The position numbers and the translations under genes were made by a program. A stretch of 64,000 bases of DNA from positions 43,690-107,689 of the IMG/VR virus record IMGVR_UViG_3300002092_001237. The stretch is one strand, 5' to 3'. This document shows, piece by piece, positions 28,106 through 36,237 of this stretch; the stretch's first letter is position 1, and every line of letters begins with the position of its first letter. The notes beneath the pieces were generated by a model that had not been told where the DNA came from, ran no database searches, and was given only the letters and a program-made list of their open reading frames with translations. This DNA comes from a virus.

Positions 28106-28369
28106 TTATTTAGTTGTAAGAGGCTTTGCAATAACCGGTACTAAAACAACTGGAGTTGTATTTGCTACTGGTGCAACCATTGGCTTAATAACGACTGGAG
28201 TTGTTGGTGCTGGAGGTGCAACCATTGGCTTAATAACGACTGGAGTTGTTGGTGCTGGAGGTGCAACCATTGGCTTAATAACGACTGGGGTTGGGGTCGG
28301 AGCCGATGCTGCTGATGCTGCATTAACGAACGCAAAAAGTGCAAGTGCCACTGTTGTTGTCTTAATCAT
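28106..28369 (-). CDS. secreted Pro/Thr/Val-rich repeat protein
   Basis: Signal peptide followed by TPVVIKPMVAPPAPT repeats. Confidence 0.7.
   Translation of the reverse strand: MIKTTTVALALFAFVNAASAASAPTPTPVVIKPMVAPPAPTTPVVIKPMVAPPAPTTPVVIKPMVAPVANTTPVVLVPVIAKPLTTK
28170..28288. repeat. 45-bp tandem repeat, about 2.6 copies
   Basis: ggtgcaaccattggcttaataacgactgg recurs with 45-nt period. Confidence 0.85.
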
Positions 28370-28430
28370 AACTTTTTTCTCCTGTGTGTGTTAAGTTATA
28401 AGTGTATATTATAGTCTTATTTACGCCTTG

Positions 28431-28823
28431 TCAACCTGCGTGTTCTCGATAAAGTTTAAGACTTTCCGAGTTCAATGGTAAAAAATCCGTCGGTACAGAT
28501 TCAACCTTAAATCCATGCCCTTTGATGATTTTCTCTACTGTTTCGATCATCTCGTACCAATGAATATCGCTGATCCATTCAGTATAACCCGCCCCTTCAT
28601 TTAGGATCATCTTCTTATAGTGCTTTTTTACTTCTCGTTCGAGACGTTCAATTTCTCCGCCGTCTCCAACCCAACAATGCTGCCAGTTACATTTAAAGCG
28701 AGGACCCAAAGCATTTTGATAAGTTCCAAGGCGACCGTGCGCCTTGGAAAGTGTTGTGATACCTGCCTTAGTATCGACTCCACCATCGGGCGGAGACATC
28801 AGGTAGAATAATTTTTTAGACAT
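28431..28823 (-). CDS. hypothetical protein, GIY-YIG/T5orf172-like
   Basis: FYLM..KAGIT..RL..YQ..LE..VK..YTEW pattern. Confidence 0.5.
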   Translation of the reverse strand: MSKKLFYLMSPPDGGVDTKAGITTLSKAHGRLGTYQNALGPRFKCNWQHCWVGDGGEIERLEREVKKHYKKMILNEGAGYTEWISDIHWYEMIETVEKIIKGHGFKVESVPTDFLPLNSESLKLYREHAG

Positions 28824-29937
28824 TGAATCGTACCACTGGAGCAGCTACAGGTTCATTATTGATATATTTGTTATAGATCAGTAACAGCCCACTAACAACC
28901 TGTACAGGGTGATTATCACGACCAAGTGGATGCGTAGCTGAATACATAGACTTGATGTCTTCCTGCACTTTTTCTGCGCTACCGATATTGTTACGCAGAT
29001 ATTGACCTAGATCATCGTCAAATTGTGCGCTAGGCATCTGGCCAATCTGAGCATCGCACAGCGCATATAGCATAGTCATAGGTCGCATAACTTCTGCTTC
29101 GATGCTCGCCATGGGCCAATGTTTACGATGGAAAGTCAATGCTCGGGCGAGATACACACCTTTCATACCCATTTTATTTTGAAGTTCATAACATTCCCAC
29201 AGTGCTTCAAAATGCGTCACATCACCGGCTGTTCTCTTATAACGGTAAGGTTGGCAGTTATTAGCCTTAAGAATATTAAAGATAGATACGGTATCAACAT
29301 CTTTAGTTTCCAAAAGAATCATAAATTCATCATACCCACCAACAGGACGCTTAAAGGTTTTATTAATTCGAATAAAACTACGACCTGCGAGCCCAATCAT
29401 TGCTTCTTCGGCTTCGTCAAGTTCAGTCAAAGAAAGGTCATCAACGTCTGTATACCAAACAGGGATATGTGTCCAACCCCGGCGAATCAACAACTGTGAT
29501 GTATGACCGCCGTCCCATAGACAAAAATGAACAACGCCATTAAGGTCTACAAATTTAACAGCACAGGGAACGATAATCATTCTGCTGTCAAAATTGGCTT
29601 CGATATTCTTAATATGATTTGGAGCAACATCTCGCTGGAACCGAGGATCATAAAAACACTGTGACAATTCGACCCAAGCAAATTTAGGAATCTTTTTTAG
29701 TCCACGTGGATCAATAGTTTGACGATTAATCAACGGATTACCAATAACAGCCTCAATACCATCGGCGATATCTAAGATAGGGATTCTTTTTCCAGGATAG
29801 TTATTAACCATTTCACGGAGGTCGATCGCTTTATTCTCAACGTCAAATGGGATTTTAAATTTACCCAACCAGTTGCGGATTCGTTGCTTAGTCGGAATAA
29901 CAGTAGTCGCGGTAATAGTAGTAAGTGACATTTTCAT
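28816..29937 (-). CDS. ParB/Srx-like (DGQHR-type) domain protein
   Basis: DPRFQRD..I..NFD..LWDGGHT..F..IN. Confidence 0.6.
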   Translation of the reverse strand: MKMSLTTITATTVIPTKQRIRNWLGKFKIPFDVENKAIDLREMVNNYPGKRIPILDIADGIEAVIGNPLINRQTIDPRGLKKIPKFAWVELSQCFYDPRFQRDVAPNHIKNIEANFDSRMIIVPCAVKFVDLNGVVHFCLWDGGHTSQLLIRRGWTHIPVWYTDVDDLSLTELDEAEEAMIGLAGRSFIRINKTFKRPVGGYDEFMILLETKDVDTVSIFNILKANNCQPYRYKRTAGDVTHFEALWECYELQNKMGMKGVYLARALTFHRKHWPMASIEAEVMRPMTMLYALCDAQIGQMPSAQFDDDLGQYLRNNIGSAEKVQEDIKSMYSATHPLGRDNHPVQVVSGLLLIYNKYINNEPVAAPVVRFNV

Positions 29938-30055
29938 TTTATATCTCCAGTTTGCTAGATCTAATCTAGACTTTAAGGTTAACTCTTTAGTTTGTTAACT
30001 TTAAATACTATATGATATAATTTGATGTTAGTCAACCTGTATTTTAAAGGGTAAA

Positions 30056-30130
30056 TGGAGCGGGAGAAGGGATTCGAACCCTCGACATCAACCTTGGCAA
30101 GGTTGCGCTCTACCCCTGAGCTACTCCCGC
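30056..30130 (-). tRNA. tRNA-Gly(GCC)
   Basis: Cloverleaf, CCA. Confidence 0.95.
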
Positions 30131-30142
30131 ATCCTTTATTTA

Positions 30143-30217
30143 TGGCTGAGGAACTAGGACTCGAACCTAGATTGACGGAGTCAAAGTCCGCTCTCCTACC
30201 GATTAGAGGATTCCTCA
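30143..30217 (-). tRNA. tRNA-Gln(TTG)
   Basis: Cloverleaf, CCA. Confidence 0.93.
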
Positions 30218-30221
30218 ACAA

Positions 30222-30418
30222 TGGCGGCCCGATATTGACACGTTTTGGATGAGCAGGCTCGGGCCAACACCTCCTCCGTAGATAGGTACTGTCTGAAACC
30301 TATCCAGTTTGTGCTAGCTAGGCTAGCGCAATGTGTGGAAAGATAGACTCCACACGGTCTTCTATACAGGTCCCTGCTTGCCCCTATATAGACTGACGGT
30401 ATTTTTTGCAGGACCGCC
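30222..30418 (-). ncRNA. 197-nt multi-hairpin RNA with acceptor-like closing stem and CCA end
   Basis: GGCGGTCC/GGGCCGCC-A closing stem, four internal hairpins, AGCAGG/CCTGCT possible pseudoknot. Confidence 0.65.
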
Positions 30419-30423
30419 AAACT

Positions 30424-30497
30424 TGGTGAACCTACCGAGATTCGAACTCGGATCAACGGATTAAAAGTCCGCTGCTCTACCATTGAGCTATGGGTCC
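30424..30497 (-). tRNA. tRNA-Lys(TTT)
   Basis: Cloverleaf, CCA. Confidence 0.93.
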
Positions 30498-30526
30498 TAA
30501 GACCCATAACACACAGGTCTTTGTTG

Positions 30527-31030
30527 TTAATCGTGTCGCGGCATAGTGGCCGCTTCTTTTACGATTTCAATTACTTCATCTAACGAAGAACAGATAATTT
30601 TAGTTGTAATCCAATTATCATCTTCGCTACGTCCACCTACTTCTACCATATATCCATTGTCATACATGTTGATAGTAAATGACTCGTTAACCTTATGTAG
30701 TTTATCTGAGATCTTTGTAGTCATAACACTTTTCCTTTGTTTTAAGTTGTGGTATCGAACGATATATCCGTCATGTAAATTTTCTTCATTACGAACAAGC
30801 CAGTTACTTGTTACATTACTTTGAAGAATACCATATTTGGTGACAGATTGTTTTAGTTGTTTACCATTATCTGTTGTATTAGCTAACGGAATATGTATTT
30901 GTCCACTACCCTCTAATCTCGATAAGACATCATGTAAGATTGGTTTAAAAAACTCAAAACTAACAGTATCTTTTGTAGATTCTGGGGTATCAGTACCATA
31001 TGCTTCTTGCCAAGTTTTTGTCTTAGTCAT
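30527..31030 (-). CDS. hypothetical protein (possibly two in-frame products)
   Basis: 167 aa ORF; internal AAGGA SD before MTTKISD. Confidence 0.6.
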   Translation of the reverse strand: MTKTKTWQEAYGTDTPESTKDTVSFEFFKPILHDVLSRLEGSGQIHIPLANTTDNGKQLKQSVTKYGILQSNVTSNWLVRNEENLHDGYIVRYHNLKQRKSVMTTKISDKLHKVNESFTINMYDNGYMVEVGGRSEDDNWITTKIICSSLDEVIEIVKEAATMPRHD

Positions 31031-31039
31031 GTTTTCCTC

Positions 31040-31309
31040 TTATAGTGTTACGTGGTCTACTACTTCGTCTCGGTAGATTACGATCTTAGCAGTAGTATGC
31101 TCTCTTACGAAATCTTTAATACGAGCATCAATATAAAGATCTAGGTGCTCTCTCATCTTATTCTTAGATGGATCGTATCGGCTTTCTTTAATACTATCTC
31201 GTCTATTAACACTACCGCGTTGTTCGGCTTCCCAGGCATCGTCGGCAGCATCCATCATTTCTTCTAGTTCATCACAAAACGCATTCCAGTGTTTGTCTTG
31301 CTCGCTCAT
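31040..31309 (-). CDS. hypothetical protein
   Basis: 89 aa, SD GAGG. Confidence 0.65.
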   Translation of the reverse strand: MSEQDKHWNAFCDELEEMMDAADDAWEAEQRGSVNRRDSIKESRYDPSKNKMREHLDLYIDARIKDFVREHTTAKIVIYRDEVVDHVTL

Positions 31310-31325
31310 CGTTTCCTCATATAGT

Positions 31326-31400
31326 TGGCTGGAGTGGCAGGATTCGAACCTGCGACCAAGTGATTAACAGTCACCTGCGCTACCGCTGCGCCACACTCCA
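31326..31400 (-). tRNA. tRNA-Asn(GTT)
   Basis: Cloverleaf, CCA. Confidence 0.94.
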
Positions 31401-31406
31401 ACATTT

Positions 31407-31482
31407 TGGTGCCCCAGGAGAGATTCGAACTCCCACCACCTGGTACCTAAAACCAGTGTCTCTACCATTGGACTACTGGGGC
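31407..31482 (-). tRNA. tRNA-Leu(TAG), short variable loop
   Basis: CTGGT-TT-TAG-GT-ACCAG, A73, 76 nt. Confidence 0.88.
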
Positions 31483-31534
31483 AATCTTAATGTTCCTTAT
31501 ATTAACAGCATTTACTTATTGTGTCAACCTTTTA

Positions 31535-32143
31535 TTACCAGCCCCACCATTTCGTTAGATACTGTGGTCGATTTGCTCGCAACCACGGGAGTGCATCGTT
31601 ATTTAATTTGTTGTAATCAACACCTACAGTCTGTGATCCAACGTGATGTACATATGCTCGTGATATAAAGTTTTTAAATCCCTGTTCGTTTAGATCTTCG
31701 CAGATCACATCATCTGAATACCAATTTAATGGTCCGAACTGTGCAACATCAAACGCTTTCTTTGAGATCCAAGCAAATAAAGGTGATACAACACTAGCTT
31801 CTAAACATTGGCTTCCGTCGTTATGTTTAATATGTTGTGAATCACGGACGAAATCGGCTCTAGTTGCGACTATGCCTACGTTATCCCTATACTGCTGTTT
31901 TAACTGTTCAACGTCTTCCATGAGTATTCTCATAGTGTCTGGGCGTAACACAATATCATCATTTGCAACGATCATTTCATCACAGGTTTCAAATACTTCA
32001 CTCATTGCAGCATTGTATACTTCACCAAACGTAGCAGGGGCAGGACGAAATATGTTTAAAGTTGCTTCGGGAGCATAGTGTTTAACACTAGCTTCCATCA
32101 TTGGTAAGCAGGGCGATCCTGCTGTGCATACTACGATATTCAT
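31535..32143 (-). CDS. glycosyltransferase family 2-like
   Basis: FGEVYNAAM..IVANDDI..WYSDD..VHHVGSQT. Confidence 0.75.
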   Translation of the reverse strand: MNIVVCTAGSPCLPMMEASVKHYAPEATLNIFRPAPATFGEVYNAAMSEVFETCDEMIVANDDIVLRPDTMRILMEDVEQLKQQYRDNVGIVATRADFVRDSQHIKHNDGSQCLEASVVSPLFAWISKKAFDVAQFGPLNWYSDDVICEDLNEQGFKNFISRAYVHHVGSQTVGVDYNKLNNDALPWLRANRPQYLTKWWGW

Positions 32144-32163
32144 TTTAACCTTTCTTATATTGT

Positions 32164-32240
32164 TGGAGCATCCGGAGGGATTCGAACCCCCGACCGTCGC
32201 GTTCGAAGCGCGAAGCTCTAATCCACTGAGCTACGGATGC
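32164..32240 (-). tRNA. tRNA-Arg(TCG)
   Basis: Cloverleaf, CCA. Confidence 0.93.
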
Positions 32241-32250
32241 GTTGCCTGTC

Positions 32251-32346
32251 TCGGCTACTATTGTAATACTCGGCTGTAGGTGACTAACCCACAATATCTC
32301 ACCCCGTTAAGGGGAGCCACCGATTGCTATTAACAATAGTAGCCGA
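32251..32346 (-). ncRNA. Y-shaped structured RNA between tRNA-Tyr and tRNA-Arg
   Basis: Perfect 14-bp closing stem TCGGCTACTATTGT/ACAATAGTAGCCGA plus two inner hairpins. Confidence 0.55.
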
Positions 32347-32350
32347 TCTA

Positions 32351-32436
32351 TGGTGGGGCGTCCTGGTAACGATCCAGGCCAGTGCTTAGACGCTGGATTT
32401 ACAGTCCAGACCCCGTCCTTAGAGGTATACCGCCCC
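32351..32436 (-). tRNA. tRNA-Tyr(GTA), atypical T-loop
   Basis: CTGGA-CT-GTA-AA-TCCAG, long variable arm, T-loop ATCGTTA. Confidence 0.88.
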
Positions 32437-32530
32437 TTAACTCTTATTTTAACTATAATACCGTTGGCCTATTTTGTCAACTATTATAATAGTAGCAGAT
32501 AATTAATATTAATCCAAAAGGAGATATAAG

Positions 32531-32890
32531 ATGGATATTATTAATCAGATCCACGGCAGCAGTTTTGCTCTTGCTGTGATTGTTACAAGCGTAGTATGGT
32601 ATATTGCTTTTAAAATTTATGCATGGTGGCTTAAGAAAGAACTAAAAGAACAGATGCATAGCGATCTTCCTCTAAGTATGGAAGACATTGAGCATAGCCG
32701 TAATTTAGAAAGAGCAGTGCATGATGTAGAACTACGTCGTCGTGATCTAAAGATCGCAGAACAAAAGCTCGCAGTAGCCGAAGCTGATGCTAAGGTAGAA
32801 AGTAGCTTATCTCGTATCGACGAACTTAATCATGAGATTGAAGTTGTTAAGATCGACAAAGCAGCTAAGAAAGCTATCACTAAAATCTAA
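32531..32890 (+). CDS. membrane-anchored coiled-coil protein
   Basis: SD AGGGAG, one TM helix. Confidence 0.7.
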   Translation: MDIINQIHGSSFALAVIVTSVVWYIAFKIYAWWLKKELKEQMHSDLPLSMEDIEHSRNLERAVHDVELRRRDLKIAEQKLAVAEADAKVESSLSRIDELNHEIEVVKIDKAAKKAITKI

Positions 32891-32967
32891 TGGTGATCTC
32901 GGCATGACTCGAACATGCGACCCACGGTTTAGGAAACCGTTGCTCTGTCCAGCTGAGCTACGAGACC
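32891..32967 (-). tRNA. tRNA-Arg(CCT)
   Basis: Cloverleaf, CCA. Confidence 0.93.
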
Positions 32968-32977
32968 GATAAAAAAG

Positions 32978-33124
32978 TTGAGAGGGACGAGTGTCGACCC
33001 TCTTTTCAATATCCGGGTTCCCAAGGTTAAAAGAAATTCCCCTTAGGGACTCTTACCCGACCTCGATGTGGTTGGTTCACTATGTGAACGATCAACTCAT
33101 CCGTGCTACTATACTGCCTCTCAA
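32978..33124 (-). ncRNA. 147-nt structured, partly tRNA-like RNA
   Basis: TTGAGAGG/CCTCTCAA closing stem, two long hairpins, GAG-G-GTCGACA-CTC T-arm-like element. Confidence 0.55.
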
Positions 33125-33128
33125 AACT

Positions 33129-33218
33129 TGGCAGAAAGGGTGGGATTCGAACCCACGGAACGCTCTCACGTTCGTCAGTTTTCAAGACTGAAGGCATCAA
33201 CCGCTCGCCCACCTTTCC
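33129..33218 (-). tRNA. tRNA-Ser(TGA)
   Basis: Cloverleaf with long variable arm, G73, CCA. Confidence 0.94.
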
Positions 33219-33223
33219 AAACT

Positions 33224-33300
33224 TGGCGACCTGTAGGGGTAACGATCCCCTCATCTCTAGCGTGACAGGCTAGCGTCTTCACCATGCCGACTCACAGGCC
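33224..33300 (-). tRNA. tRNA-Asp(GTC), atypical T-loop
   Basis: CTAGC-CT-GTC-AC-GCTAG, T-loop ATCGTTA, G73. Confidence 0.88.
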
Positions 33301-33309
33301 AATATTCTC

Positions 33310-33421
33310 TAGATGCGTAGGCGCTCGAATCCCTCACCAGCGGACGCTTTGGACCTGTCCACCCCGGAGCCACCCAACGGGCTGGGCACCATTACCCCAT
33401 TAAGGCTCGATAACGCATCTA
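33310..33421 (-). ncRNA. 112-nt GC-rich structured RNA
   Basis: TAGATGCGT/ACGCATCTA closing stem, interrupted stem, three small hairpins. Confidence 0.55.
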
Positions 33422-33425
33422 ATCT

Positions 33426-33502
<77 letters not shown>

Positions 33503-33508
33503 ATAAAC

Positions 33509-33925
33509 TTACTTTAAAGACTTACTAATTTCTTCGTAAGCCCTTACTGTAGGGGGATGGATTTTATCCTTACCTACTTTATCACTTATATCCATAACGT
33601 AATCGCCGAATTCGCTAGAGATTTTCTGTACTAGATCATACTGTTTTGTTTTTACTTCCTTGCTAGGAAGGATCCAAATAACACGACCTTCTTTGATCAG
33701 TTTGCGTGTTTTAAGCATCCAATCATAACTTTTCTCATTTTGGTCGTTGCTGCCTAAGCTGATAACAACATACTTGTAAGTTTCCATATCAAACAGCGGA
33801 CGATTGTGATTTTTCTTATACCAGTCTGCACTGTTGATACCAATTTCAGTCATTCGAACACAATCAGGCTTTACACTTGCGATGCCCGAAGCGATACTAT
33901 CACCGATGATTAAACATTCTAGCAT
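33509..33925 (-). CDS. SGNH/GDSL hydrolase-like protein
   Basis: IIGDSIA, SLGSND, DKIHP. Confidence 0.8.
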   Translation of the reverse strand: MLECLIIGDSIASGIASVKPDCVRMTEIGINSADWYKKNHNRPLFDMETYKYVVISLGSNDQNEKSYDWMLKTRKLIKEGRVIWILPSKEVKTKQYDLVQKISSEFGDYVMDISDKVGKDKIHPPTVRAYEEISKSLK

Positions 33926-33993
33926 ATGTTCTCCTAACTGTTAAACTTAGTATATAATATGCTAGCATTTCTGTCAACCTGATAAATATTGCT

Positions 33994-34380
33994 ATGAAAA
34001 GAATAATAGCGGTACTAGCACTATTAACACTCTCGGCTTGTAACTCCATCGACGTTAGTACTGTCGTCCCAAGTTTCTGGGACGACAATCAAAGCCGTAG
34101 CATCATAAACACTTACCAATTAGCAGTAAACGTAGATTGTAAAGAACCACAAGCAGCACAAGCACAAGCGATTGTTCGTGAACTACAGTGGTTCCAACTT
34201 TATAGCGAAAGCAAAGGTATGCTACAGAAAGACGTCCTCAAACTGATTGAGCCTATGCAGACCACTTCTAAAGAATGGGCAGACAGAGAAGCACCTAGTG
34301 AGGGCTACTGTAAGATAAAGAAGAACATAATGATCACGCAGGCTAAAGCAGCATCATCAGCCGTATTAGGGAGATTCTAA
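33994..34380 (+). CDS. lipoprotein
   Basis: Lipobox LSAC after a signal peptide. Confidence 0.8.
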   Translation: MKRIIAVLALLTLSACNSIDVSTVVPSFWDDNQSRSIINTYQLAVNVDCKEPQAAQAQAIVRELQWFQLYSESKGMLQKDVLKLIEPMQTTSKEWADREAPSEGYCKIKKNIMITQAKAASSAVLGRF

Positions 34381-34610
34381 TGACTAAACTAAATGAACTC
34401 GTAGGTTGTGGCCACGGATGGGCCGAAGAACGTGCTCAGATGGCAATGGATATAATCGAGCAACGTAATAGCGGTGCTATTACACCCAGTGAGGCTAAAG
34501 AATTGCTCGAAGACCTAGTTGCTACTGATAAACTAGAAGCAGTAGCAGACAATATACAAGTTAAAGCAGCATTGATCAGTGCGATCTCTATCGCTGCTAA
34601 GTTTGCTTAA
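34380..34610 (+). CDS. hypothetical protein
   Basis: TAATG coupling to the lipoprotein gene. Confidence 0.7.
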   Translation: MTKLNELVGCGHGWAEERAQMAMDIIEQRNSGAITPSEAKELLEDLVATDKLEAVADNIQVKAALISAISIAAKFA

Positions 34611-34611
34611 T

Positions 34612-34688
34612 TGGTGCGTCTGATTGGACTCGAACCAACAACGCCTAGCACCTCAAGCTAGTGTCTCTACCAATTGGACTACAGACGC
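34612..34688 (-). tRNA. tRNA-Leu(GAG), short variable loop
   Basis: CTAGC-TT-GAG-GT-GCTAG, A73, 77 nt. Confidence 0.88.
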
Positions 34689-34692
34689 ATAT

Positions 34693-34767
34693 TGGAGGTC
34701 AGGATGGGAATCGAACCCACATAAAACAGTTTTGCAGACTGTCCCATAACCGTTCTGGCACCTGACC
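34693..34767 (-). tRNA. tRNA-Cys(GCA)
   Basis: Cloverleaf, U73, CCA. Confidence 0.92.
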
Positions 34768-34773
34768 ATAACT

Positions 34774-34849
34774 TGGTACCCGCTGTTGGTTTCGATCCAA
34801 CTCTTTCAGTTCCACAAACTGACGTGCTAGCCACTAACACTAAGCAGGC
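34774..34849 (-). tRNA. tRNA-His(GTG) lacking G-1, with A73
   Basis: TCAGT-TT-GTG-GA-ACTGA; base before G1 is C. Confidence 0.88.
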
Positions 34850-34856
34850 GTAAACT

Positions 34857-34933
34857 TGGTTGGCCCTGCTGGACTTGAACCAGCGACCTTTCGGTTATCA
34901 GCCGAATGCTCTCGCCATCTGAGCTAAGGGCCA
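34857..34933 (-). tRNA. tRNA-Ile(GAT)
   Basis: Cloverleaf, CCA. Confidence 0.92.
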
Positions 34934-34943
34934 TAAATACCCC

Positions 34944-35549
34944 ATGACCGAAAAACAAACAATATTAGCGATGTATTCGGGAGGATTAGATAGTTTATAT
35001 ATGGTATATAAACTTTTAACTTCGGATGAATATTCAGATAAACGTGTACATATACATCATGTACACATTCATAATGTAGAAGATCGTTTTAAAGCAGAAG
35101 CATTGATGGTTAATGCTGCGTTAACAGAATTAAAACAACGCGGCTTTACCTTTATCTATAGTGAAAGCAAAATCTCTAGTCCGGCATTTCGAAAAAATAA
35201 CAAAGTGTCATATATATACGATTGGGACATTGTAAGATTTTATGCCGGTTGGATAGCCAGCGTAAATCCAGATATTAGTGCTATTGCCATTGGGCGTGAG
35301 CAGTCTGACGCTGGTGGATTTAACCAATATGATTCAGCCGATGCGTTAGTAAAATACTTTACAGACATTCCTTTGATATATCCAGTGTTAGACATGCACA
35401 AATACGAAATGTATGACAAATTACCAGACTGGTTAAAAGATAAATTCTGGAGTTGTCGTACGCCTATCTATCAAAATAATATTCCCACTAAATGTGGTTT
35501 TTGTGGTACTTGTAAAAAATTATTAAAATACAACATCGGTGGATCATAA
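34944..35549 (+). CDS. queC: QueC-like PP-loop ATPase (7-cyano-7-deazaguanine synthase family)
   Basis: YSGGLDS PP-loop; WSCR..CGFCGTC Zn site. Confidence 0.7.
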   Translation: MTEKQTILAMYSGGLDSLYMVYKLLTSDEYSDKRVHIHHVHIHNVEDRFKAEALMVNAALTELKQRGFTFIYSESKISSPAFRKNNKVSYIYDWDIVRFYAGWIASVNPDISAIAIGREQSDAGGFNQYDSADALVKYFTDIPLIYPVLDMHKYEMYDKLPDWLKDKFWSCRTPIYQNNIPTKCGFCGTCKKLLKYNIGGS

Positions 35550-35556
35550 ATAATCT

Positions 35557-35874
35557 GTGACAAGTTACATTTACATTATAGGTAGTGATAAGCCTCCTTA
35601 TAAAGTAGGCATTAGCAAAAACCCACAGCGTAGATTACGTGATCTCCAAACTGGACATCCTTATCCTCTCGCCATACATTCTATAATTGAAACTCCAACT
35701 TCTAATAATAAACTATTAGAAAGCATCATTCATCGTAATCTAAAGCATCTACGCACGAGCGGAGAATGGTTTGATATACCTTTAGAAGTACTTAAATTAG
35801 AAGTTGATTTTGTTATGATACGCTACAGCGAAGATTCTACGCTTAAAACGAGAATAACTCAGAATATATTGTAG
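35557..35874 (+). CDS. GIY-YIG (T5orf172-type) nuclease domain protein
   Basis: YIYII..YKVGISKNPQRRLRDLQTG..LE..H..GEWF. Confidence 0.82.
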   Translation: MTSYIYIIGSDKPPYKVGISKNPQRRLRDLQTGHPYPLAIHSIIETPTSNNKLLESIIHRNLKHLRTSGEWFDIPLEVLKLEVDFVMIRYSEDSTLKTRITQNIL

Positions 35875-35877
35875 TGG

Positions 35878-35953
35878 TGGTGCCCAATGACGTATTCGAA
35901 ACGCCGACCTACTGATTACTAATCAGTTGCTCTGCCAGCTGAGCTAATTGGGC
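35878..35953 (-). tRNA. tRNA-Thr(AGT)
   Basis: ACTGA-TT-AGT-AA-TCAGT, Thr-type GCC/GGC acceptor. Confidence 0.9.
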
Positions 35954-35995
35954 TCTATTTTACTTATATCGTATATTTCTATATGACGTCGAATC

Positions 35996-36069
35996 TGGCA
36001 CCCTGTCTAGGAGTCAAACCTAGGCCCTCAGTTTTGGAGACTGATGTGCTATCGTAACACTTACAGGAT
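35996..36069 (-). tRNA. tRNA-Trp(CCA)
   Basis: TCAGT-CT-CCA-AA-ACTGA, G73. Confidence 0.85.
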
Positions 36070-36071
36070 AT

Positions 36072-36149
36072 TGGTCTGCGTGGCTGGATTCGAACCAGCG
36101 GTCCCCTGACTCCAAATCAGGTATGTTAACCAGACTACACCACACACAG
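36072..36149 (-). tRNA. tRNA-Pro(TGG)
   Basis: C1-G72, A73; A37 rather than the usual G37. Confidence 0.9.
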
Positions 36150-36156
36150 TTAAATT

Positions 36157-36233
36157 TGGTCCGCCCTACGGGTGTCGATCCCGTTACTCTACCTTGAAAG
36201 GGTAGTGATATAGCCAGCGTTATCTAAGGGCGG
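36157..36233 (-). tRNA. tRNA-Glu(TTC), atypical
   Basis: CTACC-CT-TTC-AA-GGTAG, T-loop ATCGACA. Confidence 0.82.
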
Positions 36234-36237
36234 CTAA

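Noticed and set aside
28170-28288. Direct repeats as a possible CRISPR array (also 14144-14253)
   Set aside because: In-frame coding tandem repeats without unique spacers; the Cas4-like gene at 63609 is a common phage exonuclease
30222-33421. RNase P, SRP or intron-containing tRNA identity for the structured RNAs
   Set aside because: No GAGGAAAGUCC or ACAGAA RNase P motifs, no complete SRP CAGG-GNRA-AGCA helix, and no split anticodon or T arm seen; a covariance search is needed to exclude these formally
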